From Antedon mediterranea (Eukaryota > Animalia > Echinodermata): 64,000 nucleotides of DNA. The notes under the pieces were generated by a model that saw only the letters and a program-made list of their open reading frames with translations, did not search any database and was not told the origin of the DNA. The stretch lies in contig NC_092674.1 of assembly GCF_964355755.1 (NCBI RefSeq), positions 9,362,001 to 9,426,000 of the forward strand, written 5' to 3'. Below, one piece after another: positions 25,337-39,257 of this stretch. Every line of letters starts with the position of its first letter. Position 1 is the first letter of the stretch. Position numbers and translations under genes: made by a program.

Positions 25337-27332
25337 AATTTATAAAGAGGTAAAAATATAATCTGCATATATTTAACATACATCTTCTTTTATATAATAA
25401 TAATAATTATTTTATCATTATATAAAGCTTGGTTTTCACTAAGACATTCACCTACTGTATGTGTGTGGGCCTTGCTAAAGTTTAAAACCCTTCAGGGCAC
25501 AACATTTTTGCGGACTGACCATTATAGTAGGACTCGTTGATATTAATATACAGTAATACAGTATATATATAATAGCCCTACTGTACATCACTAAGTTATA
25601 AAACTAAAAAAGAAATTTCCTATGTCGATGCATCTTGTGTCTTTGGAGCACAACGTTTTTGAGAACTGTATATGACTACAGTATAGATGATATGTCATTA
25701 AACGGAAAAAACAGCGACGGCTGTGACACTGGTTCAAAGCTACCTACGAAATAAATTGAACTTCCTCCACCCAAATGTAGTAGGTTGCTAGATAGTTGAT
25801 TCAACTAACAGGTTCCTCAATGTTGGAAACTATTAATTAGAAGGTTTAATCTACAAAAACGTAAAATAATCCCATGAGGAAATAAATACTTTATAATTTA
25901 ATTGTTAAATGGAAACAAATTCTTTCGTTTAAAGTATTGAAATTTTGATTAAAAAAATATTTTTCTCGAAAAAAAATGGTGTTTAATTAGTATGGAAAAG
26001 CTGTTATTGAAAGTTGATATTTATACTTTTATACAGTATTATTAAGTAAATTCTGTGTTCAATTGGTGCTTGAATCATATTTTGTGTATTTCAGTACTTT
26101 AAGTATGTAATATATCATACCTTCATATTAATTTTTGGTTTTAGTAAAATTTGAATAGGATGGTACTATGTGGGGTTGGGTTTGGAGATTGCGTTTAATG
26201 GGGGTAGAGTTACAGTAGAAGGGGGGGGGGGGGGGGTGAGGTATTAATGGTTAACATGTTCTCACAATATCACTGTTAGTGTTAGTGTTAACATAAATTT
26301 AATTATTATGTTCACTTTGCTTCCATTTTGACACCTCCCTCGCATTCCCGCCTGCCACTCCAAGATTTTTGGTGGTACACCCATTTTCAACTGACCCTGT
26401 TGGACATAAATGGACACAATCCATCCATGAAATTCCTATATGTATGGTGATATCCTATCAATTAGCTGAAAATTATGCAAAACATGTTTCTTAGCACAAT
26501 CAGTCAATTATTACTATCCAGAGACAAGATTTTTATTGACAAATGTTTAATGAACGAACATTGTAGCATAAAATACTGTTAAACACCACAATGAACATAA
26601 TTTTCAACACGTAAATTAACAATAAGAACAAGCATTCAATTTTGTTGTGACTACAGGCAATCTCATTGCTTTACATAACCATGGCAACAACGTTCCTCTA
26701 TCATCATAAATACTTCCTTTGTATTCTCGCAATAGCATCTTAAACTTCCTCATATGAATACTGTAGCTATAATATCATAAATTGTGTTTAGTTATCGTTA
26801 TTACTTTTTTAACAGTCAATACAAATTAACAAAAGGAGAAAAGACATGTGGTATCTGATTTAACCGAAGGTCAAACTAGATTTGCTTAAGTCTTTTGAAG
26901 TTAAAAACAGTAGATTTGATAAAAATGATATTAATCAGTGGTGAATCCAGTTATCTACAATTGAAGAAGATAAAAAGGCATATTTTGGGATATTTAAAGG
27001 AGCCGTAATTGGCTTGTAAAATATTTAGATACAGGTTTATTAAAGGTTCTTAGCAAAAAAATGATTTCACTAAACTCCATTTTCATCTTTCCTTTGCACC
27101 ATCAAAATTTGGGCTACAAGTAGGGTTGTCTGTAGTTAGCACTCATAGTCTACCAACACTATTTTGGGTGTGTAACTGTAATTAGTTTCTGGATAAACTG
27201 ACAATGAGGAAGGCCACATCAAGTTGAAATGTACTGTATTAACGATGACAACTTTAGAAAGGAAATGGCCTATATTGGTTTATCCATATAAGCTGTGCAC
27301 AATGGTGTGTTAAGAACAAGATAATTTAAGTA

Positions 27333-27817
27333 CAGTAGAACCTGTGTTTTACGTACCCTGATTTTACGTACGCTTAAAATAACCGATGACGTCATCATTT
27401 TCTTACATTGAGGGCGCAATTTAACAACAACAAAGCACACAAAGCCACAATCATGGCTGTCTGCGCTGTGTGTGGGAAAAACTACGCACGTGCATTCCCC
27501 CTAAAGCAGCGACTGTTTTTATTGATAGAAAACAATTATATTTTACACTTCATTTAAACATCGCACAGCCTGTATATACTGTATTTTCTAGTTAGGCCTT
27601 ACATCTTGCTAGGCCTGCTAGCCTAGCCTGAATAGTCTAGGGCCTAGGCCTAGCCAGTGACCACCTCAGCCTGCATACTGTACAGAAGTAGGCAAATACG
27701 GCTAGCTACGATCTCTACGTATTTGGGGTCAATTTAAGGTCAACCTTGATTTTACGAATCCCTTGTTTTACGTACGCCTTTCGGTCCCATACCGTACGTA
27801 AAATGAAGGTTCTACTG
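27333..27817. mobile_element. Tc1/mariner-pogo-like MITE (485 bp)
   Basis: TA|CAGTAGAACCTGTGTTTTACGTAC ... GTACGTAAAATGAAGGTTCTACTG|TA, with subterminal TTTTACGTAC repeats. Confidence 0.9.
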
Positions 27818-29653
27818 TAATTATATCTGGAACTAAGAGATGTAAATAGAAAATAAAAATATTTAGAAACTCAACGACAATGTGACATTTAATTGTAATG
27901 ACATTTGTTGCATTGCAGCTAATAAAAGTAGGATCTATAAAACAGGTTTTTCCTTGGAACTAATCCAGGCCTGTAATAATAATACATACTTAATCTTACT
28001 TTTCCGTGTACTACCAAGTATATGAAACACATGATGTCCTGTACAAAACATGTTTTTCTTCCAAGTACTGTAGACGTTCTTGTTTGGATAATAAAATGTA
28101 ATAAGCGCATGTTTAGGTATTTATTTTTAGTCATAAACTTTTCTTGTTAAAGCTTGTCAGTTTTATGTATACAGGGCAAACCACGGAGGATTTCAGATTT
28201 TTAAGATAGGGATCTCGTGCTTTAACATTATAAAAATGAAGTACAAAACTTAAACCTAATTTTCAATTTTTTTGTTTTGCATTAACATTAGGATTTTTAA
28301 TTGCGATGGTAGTCTATGAGTGCGACTTACATGGATAAACCAACAATATTCTTTCTCTCCAAAGGTTGTTTAATTTAGAAAATTGAATTTTATAGCTTCC
28401 CCCCCCCCCACCTCAAAAAATGGTATAGTCTATAAACAGCACCCTCAAGTAGGACAATCCCACTTGCTTTCATAATGCTGTTGATTGTGCACCACCAACT
28501 TCAGTTAGCTTATGTATACTGAAAGAAGCAAAATCCAAGGGGGCCCTATGTCTATGTTTGGGGGTTATTTTTATTTTGATAATGTCTTATGACCAGTAAT
28601 TGGTCCGGTTTCTGCTAATACCTGTAAGAATATAGACATTATGTTATTCAGGCATTAAACTACAGAAGTAGACATAGGCCCCTAGAAACAAAACAAAAAA
28701 ACAACAAAATTAATTGAAGACTATTGAATACATATAACATTTTATCGCTCACTTGACAATAGAACTACCATTACAAATCATTAACAGTATTTAATACCAA
28801 ACCAGTAAAATAGTACTAACCACATCAATCGCTTGAAACACAAACAGACTCGCTTTTTGTTGTTAAAACCCATTGAAGCGAGTCACACATTACAATAGCC
28901 TATACCAGATATCTGAAACCTTGATATTATTACATTGAATGGTTGTGGTAATTTACCTATTATAAGTATTATGTCTTGTGTTAATATAATCAAAGTGGTG
29001 TTCATATAAAAGTTTTAAGTACTAATTAAGTTCTTTATTTTATAATACATTTTTTATGGTGTAAAAACATTAATTATACAGTAGCTATCAATGAGGTTTA
29101 TGTTCCTCAGTAAAATTTGAATTTTTTTAAACAAAGTTATTCACTTTTGATTATCAAATCCCAAATAATGTGTTCATCATTATGAAATCATTTATTTTAA
29201 AGCGCCATCAATGACACCATTGATTTACTGTATATTTCGGTATATCACCACACAAGAGCCATCAGTCCTACCTTTGTAAGTACTTGTAGCATAATTTCAA
29301 AATTATTTCCCACTTTTGAACGACCCAGGATTAGAATGTCTGTAGATGATGCTTTTTCAAAATTTTTTTTTAACCAGTAAAAAAAGTAAAAAAAAATTTT
29401 ATATTAACATTAGCACCATTCTACCAATTACTAAAGGTCAACTTCAAGAGTCTTCTTTCTGATTACAACCAAAAATGGCAGTTTTAATTAAATATGACTC
29501 CTAATTAAATACTGAACCACCTACACATAGTTTAAATGAGCACATTGAATTATAAATTATTCATCTTTATATATATTATCAATTAAATCCGACGTTGCAA
29601 TCCCCACGTTTCAGAAGCTTTACATTAGAATAGTTTGTATTCTTTTCTTAGCT

Positions 29654-29937
29654 GAGGAAGGGATGGGGTGAAGCAGAAGCAGAGATAGGGTGAAGCAGAG
29701 GAAGGGATGAGGTGAAGCAGAGGCAGGTATAGGGTGAAGCAGAGGCAGAGATAGGGTGAAGCAGAGGGAAGGATGGGGTGAAGCAGAGGCAGGGATAGGG
29801 TGAAGCAGAGGGAGGGATGGGGTGAAGCAGAGGCAGAGATAGGGTGAAGCAGAGGAAGGGATAGGGTGAAGCAGAGGAAGGGATAGGGTGAAGCAGAGGA
29901 AGGGATAGGGTGAAGCAGAGGCAGAAATAGGGTGAAG
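29654..29937. repeat. 22-bp purine-rich minisatellite, about 13 copies
   Basis: GGGTGAAGCAGAGG(C/A)AG(A/G)GAT(A/G) repeated; source of the spurious ORF 29625-29999. Confidence 0.95.
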
Positions 29938-31425
29938 TTGGGGTCTACAGTTGAACTGGTCAAGATCAAGGAACCCCTCGCGCAGAGAAAATCTATCATA
30001 TTTTCAAACAGATTTTACATGTTTACCGGAACTGAGCGTACTATAGCCTGATCGACGTATCATACGAAATGTGACCTCAGAGGATTATTCATTAAATTGT
30101 TTAAAAAGATACTGTACCTTCCAAATAATTATTTTAATAAAGTATTAGAATCGGAATTTCTTTAGGACTCATCTTTTCCCAATATATTTTACCATTTTAA
30201 ATAGCATGTTAGATAAATATAAACATCATTTATTATTCATTCATTCAAGATGGCCCCCATGGCAAACTTCTACTATGAGGTCAAAGATTCATACAGTATA
30301 TAAGAAAAACAAACATATTACAATACAGGCCTATACACATTTAAAAGATATATTAAATATCACCTACAGTTGATAAAACAACACATTTTGTCAAATATGA
30401 AAGGTATGAATACTTTGTATATTCGTATTATTTAAGACTTCTGCTTTTTATAGACCCTAATTGAAAAATTATGATTTCATAGATTTATTTTTTTATTAAA
30501 ATTATAGACAGTACAGTGAGTGTATTTTTAGATCATTTTTTTAAAAGTGAAAGTGAAAAAATTATGTCTTTATTTCTTCACTGTGGATGATAAATAAAAT
30601 TAATATATTCTTTTAGAAGAAAGTAATATCTTCCAAAATAAGTATAAAAACTACAAAATACAATAATAAATTTACAAACAGATTAAAAAAGAAAAACATT
30701 TAAAAATTTGCTTATTTCATTTACCAAAACTGGGTAAAAAACAAGTTCCTTGTAAATTGGAATTCATAGTTCTGACCTTCATGGTGAAAACCCTAGATTT
30801 GAGAAATTGATTAAAAAATGTATATTATATGTACCGTACTGGACTAAATTTAAATAATGTTTAAAATTGCCAAAAAGTTTCAATAATAAAAATCAATTTA
30901 ATTTTGAACTTTAACCTTTACACATTCAAATAACCAAACTACTATATACAATATTATATCAAAGCCACGGTGGAGCTAAAGCCTTTACAGCAGTAAGCTG
31001 TTATGCAGGTAAGCCAGTCCAATTAGTTTAGAAATAGCATTAGCACACATCACAGCCTATTGTACTAGGCTGGCCATCATTATCTTACTTCTTGACACGC
31101 ATGTCAAATTAATTGAGATCCGATCCAATTAGATTTTGACACTCGGCTCAACACCTTATGCACTACACCACTCGAATCAATAGGAAAGAAATAAACGACT
31201 GCAAAGATACAGTTAGGAAAATAATTTGCAGTAGGTAAAGTGGCTTTAGGAATAATTTAACATTGCTATCGATACGGCCCTTATTGTAATAATAGTAATA
31301 ATATTATCGTCTTAATTTGTGTTTTTAACACATGTTGATAATTGGAAAAGATGTTACAGCAGAGATTCAATATGGGTAGCAGTTTATACAGTATAAACAA
31401 ATGCTTCAATAGATAATTGCTGAGG

Positions 31426-31621
31426 GGGTGTCTCGAAAACAGAGACCAGAGACCCGAGGTCTCTGTTTTCGAGAAAATCTCGAGAACTCAAAAACAGAGA
31501 CCCCCTATATTACGTAATATTGAGACGTTTTAGTGGGGGTCTCTGTTTTCGAGAAAATCTCAAAAACAGAGACCCTGGGTCTCGGGTCTCTGTTTTCGAG
31601 GTCTCTGTTTTCGAGACACCC
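31426..31621. mobile_element. Palindromic MITE (196 bp) with a long target-site duplication
   Basis: GGGTGTCTCGAAAACAGAGACC ... GGTCTCTGTTTTCGAGACACCC, flanked by direct ATTGCTGAGG at 31416-31425 and 31622-31631. Confidence 0.9.
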
Positions 31622-34224
31622 ATTGCTGAGGCTATAGAATACCAGAAGTGGTGCAAGAGAGTTTGAGTACGAAACTACAGTACTTTAGTACATAAATCAT
31701 ATTACATTATAAATATGCTTGTTTATTAAAAAAATCACAAGATGTGAAAATGGCTAAAAATATAGAGATTTTTGTATACTACAGTAGTATTATATAAATT
31801 TATAGGCATAGAAAAAAATTGCCATACTATATACTAGAAATTTCTCAAAAATATTAGGAAATCTGTGACAATGAGAAAAGGCTGTCCCAAGGTGAGATTC
31901 GAACTTGGAATCTACAGTAACTGCTCGTAACAAATTTCTTTTGTAGGTTATTAAAAAGAGCAAGTGGCAAATAATACAAATTTAGTTTGGATAATTAATA
32001 TTTTAGTAATTAAAATATTTGAATCTAAGACCACGATTGTGTTGTGTCATTCTCTGGATTAAAAATCAAACCATTATAAATAAATGTTCTACTACTGTAT
32101 GTATAGTTTCATGTTCTCTAGTATTTTGATCGTTATAATAACTTCAAAATCTACAGTATTTGTTCACTATGCCAGTGGGTTATATATATTGGTACTAATA
32201 ATCTGTCTGGACTAACATGTATTTTGTATGAAAAACAACAAACATGTCGGTAACACCTTTGGAATTCCCTTGTTCTTTTGTTACATGAAAATATACAGTA
32301 TTTCTAAATTGCATTGAAAACGAAACTAAACACTAAGTATATATTGATTTGGCTTTGTTTCCTTCGATTTTCTGACCAGTATTACAGTAGTTATCATTGT
32401 ACACATTCAATTAAATAGTTTAAAAATGATTTTTTTTTGTGACACAGGGCTTACTTCAGTCAGCGTACAGTTCCTATGGACACTTACGTGTAATGGCGCA
32501 TTGTTGCTGTCGCAACCCCTCGACCGATTGTGTCAAATAAATAAATAAATTAAAAATAAAATTACTATAAAACGTTTTTTGGTAAATTAATATGTAAGTA
32601 CAGTTCAAAGATACATGTGACTTAAACTCCTACTGTATATGGTGTGTTGAGAACAACTTAATTCCCCTTGAAAATGTTGCGAGTATATTGATACTTTGCA
32701 GTGATTTTTCAGATACAGTATAAAATAAATAAAGGTTTTTTTAAATTATGGAATTTCCGTGCAAAATTTAACATTTTATCAGGTGTTGTTCAGTTTTGAC
32801 TACAGTGCATTTTAGGATATCCGTGCCAGCATAAATGTTCCGGCTGCTTTAAATATGTGTAAACAGAAAGTGACTATTCAGCAAAAGTGTCTATACAGAT
32901 TTTTAAAAAGTTGGTGTCCATTAAATAGTACCAAGATAGTGAATGTGTTAAAAACCACAATACCTACCATTATCCTGTAGAAAAGAGGCCAACAAAGTAA
33001 ACACTGAATGCTATGTAAGAAGTCCTGTATTTTATTATGGAAACTGACATAAAAAGGGAAACTGACATAAAAAGGGCATCTTGACAATGAGCTCACTACA
33101 GGCCAATTGAAATACAGCATACATAATGGATACAAAGAATTGTATGACGTTATGGACTTCCCTGTGACGTCTTAAATGACATTAGAAAACCTAAAAATTA
33201 TGTTTTTTTCACACTATTGAAATCATCTAAATGATAATTTAAATATTGAGGATTATTATAAAATAATGAGGTTGTCTGTGATGCAAACAGCAGTTGCATT
33301 AGGACTTTGTTATATGTATCTTGTAACCAAGAATATAAGCAGAATCTCAAGAAAAATCGATGTGCAACCTGAACTGATCCAGGGAAGAAAAAAATAATGA
33401 CTGCCCTGGGAAAACCTGAGGAGCAGACAAGTACTGATAGTTAAGTACTGTACTAAATTTTGTAATGTACATCGGTGCAGAATGTTAAAGTTTCCTGTAA
33501 AATACAAACAATCAAAATTCTCTGAAAAAACATCTAACAATTCATAGAAAGTAGACCCGACCTGAACGTCAACTACAGTCCAGTATTTCTATGAAATGAA
33601 GTATATATATGTGTCAATGACTTAAAAAAATACAATTGAAGTTTATTTACTTTTGATATGGTTGATCTTTCAACTTCGTTTCAAGCATGGTGAATTATTA
33701 CACTGATAACTATTGAATATATGATACGTTGACAGTGATGTAACAACCCTATGTGACCCCCTTTGTTGTCAAGCAGACAACTCAAAAGCGGTATTTTATT
33801 CGCCTGAGTGATTTCAACATTTTTCTATTTTTTATGTTGAATTATGCATACTTTTCTTAAGCGATTGATATATTTCTTTTGATGACATCACCCTCTGATT
33901 TCTGTATTTTATTTGTACATTTCAAAAGTTATTGAAACAGACAAATGTTACATTATGATTCTACAGATACTACTGTACATTAGCATTCAACCAACAAGAT
34001 TTTGTTTGTGTTGTTATAAAATCTGGTTTTAACCTTTTTCTCTCAGCTTTTTAAATCGTTTCTTTTTGTTGAGTATTTTAAAAATTAATATGAATAACAT
34101 AGAAAAAAAAAATTACAAAATTAAAATTACACAATGAAATCATGGATTATACTAAGACTGAGTGATTGTATAACTTTTAGTACTACTCTACTACGTATTG
34201 TTATGGCAGTTACTTTAGCCTATA

Positions 34225-36131
34225 CAGTCAACTCTCCCAATACCGGACACCCTTGGGCGGGCATATATTTTCCGGTTTTTCAAAAGTCCGGTTTCCTGAA
34301 AACATATTTTTAAAGTCATCACGTTGTCACTGAAAATGCTTTGAATCACCGGTCCGAATGCTGCCCGGTACGGTCTAGCGTAGGGAAGGCCTAGGCTATG
34401 ATTGTGTCAAGCTAGTTTTAATTAAATAAATACTGATAGGCCTAGGCCTACTTTATTAATATTAAAGACCCCTTCCCTGCAATTTTGGACGTTTTTTGGA
34501 AAATAATACATATATATCACTTTAAAAACATTAAACCATGTCATTCCATGTCTTAAATGTACGTTTTATGGTAAATTATGATAAAAAGTGAGAAATAATG
34601 CACTACCTAAGTAGCTCGCGGCGATCGACCTCTCGTGGACGGTCTTAGGCCTAGCCTAGCTAGGCTTAGTTTTGTAGGCCTAGCTGGTAAACATCGATAA
34701 CGTACGAACATCGTACGCTAGCTATATACCTAGCCTGACGTTGTATAGTTGCTGCATTAATTGTCTTTCTATTTTTGCCAGACTCCGTTGATACAAATTG
34801 GGGAAAACCCGGTATTTTCGCTGAAAAGTTAGGAGTCTTCCATTTGTTTTGGCTTCACGATCGATCGAAAAGTGGGCGAATTACAGGTGAAAAACAAAAA
34901 TATCAATCCGCGCGCAATGCATTTTGGGATTTATAGCGGGCCGCTATAATTATTAGAATCGATTTATTTTTCACATTTTTAACCGTTTAAAGACGAAAAA
35001 AGTTATCGCAATAGGACCATATAGTATTATTTTTACATTAAATATAGTTTGTGATCTTCAATTAGATCTAAAAAACGTAGGGAATGGGGCTTTAAGCTAA
35101 TTAAATTTACCTTTTTTAAAAGTTACATTATTTACTGTACCAATAAAACATGTTACAGTAGTAAATTATTGTTTCTCAATGTGTTTTTAGCGGCAAAAAG
35201 GCTAGGCCTACGTACGTACGGTGAACATAATTTTGGTCGTTTATTGTTTATCGCGAGCAAGCAGCAGCATGGGTGATAAAAATAGCAGAGAGGGGCTTTG
35301 ATTGATGCGCATGTGCAGAGGTGTCATAATAAAAAAACACCCACACTTAGACCACATGTTTTTTAAGCTCCTTTATTTTGACGTAATTTGATAGCAATAA
35401 ACGAGCCAAGCAATAATGACACAATAATTAATTGGTAACATTTCAAAGTTTATTAACACTAGTCAAGTTTATTCCGTTTACGTTTTGCCATAATGATTTC
35501 CAAATTTATAATGATGCACATTTTTAGTGAAACATTCCTTTTTAAAGTCTTATTGCAATTGTGAATTTAACAATAATTTAAACAAAACAAAGACACAAAG
35601 TGGAATGTAAATTGAACTTTATTAAAAAACAATTCATATGCTAAAAAACAGGGAGTTGTTAACAACTCCCTGCTAAAAATAATAGACATTAAGACATAGC
35701 GCTTCACCGCAGTTCGATACGCAACAAAGCAATTGCCGCCTCGTGGGTTAACAATGAACTGACATGTCAATCACAGTGTAGCGCTCCATGGCAACATTAT
35801 TTGATCGTACCGCGAAACATTGCGCACTTCATGCATGGTCCAGTCCAGGGTATGGTTAAAAGCTTTTGTGAATGTATTGAATCCGATTCCGCGACGACGA
35901 TGTTACGTTGTTTTCGTAAATATTTGGAGTTTTTTAACTGTCAGTCCGGTTTTCAGACGCTAATTTTTGTGTTTTGTACTTCATAATTGGTCCGGATTCC
36001 GGAATTGGGTATTCCGGTTTTCATAATAAATTACAGTACATTTAGAATAGGGACAAGCTGGGCCCTCCAAAAAAGTCCGGTTTTCCGTGAATTCTGGTTT
36101 TGGGAGAGTCCGGTATTGGGAGAGTTGACTG
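34225..36131. mobile_element. Non-autonomous Tc1/mariner-pogo-like DNA transposon (1.9 kb including a nested insertion)
   Basis: Perfect 24-bp TIR CAGTCAACTCTCCCAATACCGGAC / GTCCGGTATTGGGAGAGTTGACTG with TA on both sides; subterminal TCCGGTTTT repeats; no transposase ORF. Confidence 0.92.
34466..35091. mobile_element. TTAA-target (Kolobok-like) non-autonomous element nested in the 34225-36131 element
   Basis: TTAA|AGACCCCTTCCCTGC ... GTAGGGAATGGGGCT|TTAA; an independent homologous copy lies at 63693-64000. Confidence 0.8.
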
Positions 36132-36253
36132 TACTATAGATCTTAGCATGCCCACGATTGGTACTATCAGTATACGTGCAAAAAAGTACAATGGTCAGCT
36201 ATAGTAACTTCAAAGTGGCAAAAATCTAAATTAATATATTCATGTAGTTATTT

Positions 36254-36612
36254 AACGTATTTATTTGAATAAAACCCCGCTTTGAATAAATGCTTCTCCC
36301 GAATAAACTCCCCCACAGAACGTCATTTTGAATAAAACGCTTTTATTTATTTCCTCGATTAAACATTTCTATTTGTATGACAGTAGTAGAATTCATTGAT
36401 TGACATGATCTACAATTTACAAGCATTTTTATTTTTGTTGACACTTCTCGATATTAATTGTGTTGCATTTTTTCATATCTATTTTATTATACATATTACT
36501 GTACCATATTACATCCAAAAAAATAAACGCCTCCCATGAATAATCGTCTCCCTCGAACGCCCCCTAATAACCCCTCTGAGCAATAACCGGCCGGGACGTT
36601 TTTTCAACAGTA
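36254..36612. mobile_element. Degenerate MITE with AATAAACGCC-type subterminal repeats
   Basis: Repeated GAATAAA.[C/G]C(C/T)CCC motifs near both ends; the termini are eroded. Confidence 0.4.
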
Positions 36613-38622
36613 TAATTTAATAAAAAACAAAATTATATTTAATATACAGTACAGCATGCAGTACAGTAGTAACAGCAGCATAATCATCACGTAATGTAGT
36701 TTATGTAGTATGTATTATGTAAGCAAGCAAAACCTACAGTAGATTTGAATGCAAGGAACTAGCTTTAATTTAGTGTTTCCTGTATAATCTTACAATACAA
36801 CGGTCGCATCGGTGTTTTGGTCAAAAACTGCAATCAGTGTAATGCCATTTTCCTTTAACTTGACAGCATGTTGTATAGTACTAGGTTTTAAAATGTCTAC
36901 ATTTTAGGGTACTTATTGCAAGTAAGTAAATATATAATTTTGATGGAAATGTTGTATGTTATTTCTCTATTGTACACTACCTACTGTATAGGCCTGGTGT
37001 GGTCTCATTGCTGAATTATTGTCTTTTTTTTTTGGCAGAATCCGTTATAAAAATCGGTAATTTCAATGACATTTTAGGGTTCTTCCATTATTTTCCCTTC
37101 ACAATATCACACCAAATATGGCTGCATCACAGAAGCAAAACGAAGATCAATCTGTGAGCAATGCCGCATGTTTGTTTAATAAAGTTTAAAAAGTTTTTTG
37201 TATTTTCAAAATAGTAAAAATCATTTGTTAACGTTTTTATTTAATATTACTTTTCGGATGATAAAAATCTAAAAAAAATAAAAACACATATTAGTATTAC
37301 TTAATTGTTTTATCTTTTAATTAAACATCCCGTTAGCAGGAGCCGTGAATGTACTGTACTGTACCATGTACAGTAAATATAGTAATCCATAAATTCAGAG
37401 TATTATCTATAATAATATAATTTTCTTCCCACCAACCAGATTCAAAAGTTTCCATGTTTATTCAAATTGGCATATTTTGTGGCTTTTTCTATTCCATTCA
37501 TTGTCATTCAATAGAACTATTAAAGTATAGAAATTCATACAATGAAGCAACAGCTTACGTTATGTATTCTATTGAAAATTTATATAAAATAGCAAAAGTT
37601 CAACAAAGTTCTTGTAAAGCTGTAATTTGCTTTACAGAAAGTACTATACTTCTATGAGAATCATTTTTATAAACATAAGCTTTTAGGATTTTTGGTTTAA
37701 AAATCAATAACCTACTGTATGGGAACCTAACGTAACTCAATTAATCGTAAACTGTACAAACATTAAAAAAAAACTGTATGGTGGAATCTTCGAAAACTGG
37801 TTATCTCGAAATTGGAACTCATGCAATTTAACTAAGACAATTGTTAAAGTCCTAAAATCATCTCTTCGTTTAATAGAACACCAAATTTCCAAATTATTTA
37901 GTCTACTAAATTTGTCAGAATATTACATAAAAAAGTTTGGTAAATCAAAGACTGGGCAATGTTGACTTTCAGCGGGAATCCCTTTCAGCGACCTTTAAAG
38001 AAATGACATTCGCAACGCCAGCAATTTGACCAATCAATTTAGATGATCCATTACTTTGCATATTCTTGGTGGTGGGGATGGTAGCGTCAACAAATTTTAA
38101 ACTTGACTTGCCTGCTTGAAGTATAAAATACAAGCTTGACAATGACAAGAAAAGTTTGGTTATTAACTGTAAAACAATAAAATGACACACAACAGCAATG
38201 TACAGTATGATATTTTACTGTAGCTCGCCAGACCTAAAGTGGATTGTGTCAAAATGCTAGCTGGAATTAGTATACAATGATCCTTCTACAGTAGTTAACA
38301 AGGTCTGTCCTACATTTCAACCTACTGTATAGTTACAAATCGACCTTTGAGATTTGAGATACAGTAATAACTGTGCATTCTGGGCATATTAACAGATGTT
38401 TTCTACCATCTATCAGCATCCACAATGTACAGATGTATATCTTTACTTGATAACATATCTCTAACCTAATAGTTTACTGTATACAGTACTTATGTATTAT
38501 TGTATTGTCATGTTGCTATACTGTACGTCATGTATACATACCTCTTTTTACTGTATCACCATGTGATTCTACAAGTTGTTATAAATCACATAATTGATTG
38601 TACTAATTAAATATGTACTGTA

Positions 38623-38780
38623 CAGGTGCGGATTTAGGTGGGGCTAAAAGACTTTAGTCCCGCATAAAATTTAACTTTTTAAAATAAATTAATGACTATT
38701 TTTATAGTAATACAGTATTATATAACATCATTTATGAAATATTTAGCCCCACCTAATCCATAATGTTGGACCCGCCCCTG
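38623..38780. mobile_element. Short hAT-like MITE remnant
   Basis: CAGGTGCGGATTTAGG ... GGACCCGCCCCTG imperfect TIRs with an internal TAGGTGGGGCTAAA/TTTAGCCCCACCTA inverted pair; no clear TSD. Confidence 0.5.
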
Positions 38781-39151
38781 CTGTAAATATGCAGTGTGTA
38801 CAGTACAGTTGGCTAGATAAAGCATAGGGTGTGCATACAAAATGTTACAATAGGGTGGGTGGAAGACTTTGTAGGTGGATGTCCCCACCCACCTCCGCCC
38901 AGCACAATTATGAAATGTGGTTTACTACTGTATATTTATAAGAATAAAAAGAATTTTCCTACTACTTTTTTTTAAAACAGAAAAATCAACAACTCGTTAA
39001 AATACAATAAGGAAACCGGATTGAAATAATGTAATTTCAAAAGAAATGACGAGGTGTCACCAAAAATAGCTTTGAAAGGACTACTTACTTTACGTATTAA
39101 TGAAATAAAGTAAATAATTAGGAAATATTAAAAAGATATTAAAGTATGTAA

Positions 39152-39257
39152 AGCCTTGTCTACACTTTCAAACTTTATGCGACAAAAAAATGTGACATGC
39201 CCATATATGGACATGATGATGTCAAATCACTACCATAGCGTAATATACCATACCATA
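39152..39257. mobile_element. Harbinger-like MITE family A, left part
   Basis: TGTCTACACTTTCAAACTTTATGCGACAAAAAAATGTGACATGCCCATATATGGACATGATGATGTC matches family A. Confidence 0.8.

Noticed and set aside
11958-27478. CSL/Su(H) sites TGTG(A/G)GAA at 11958, 26259 and 27471, suggesting Notch autoregulation
   Set aside because: The number is about what chance predicts, none form a paired site, and one lies in a MITE.
29625-29999. 124-aa ORF
   Set aside because: Translation of the 22-bp minisatellite.
31880-31915. tRNA-like GTTCGAA B-box fragments (also at about 46425)
   Set aside because: No cloverleaf can be built; these are SINE head remnants.
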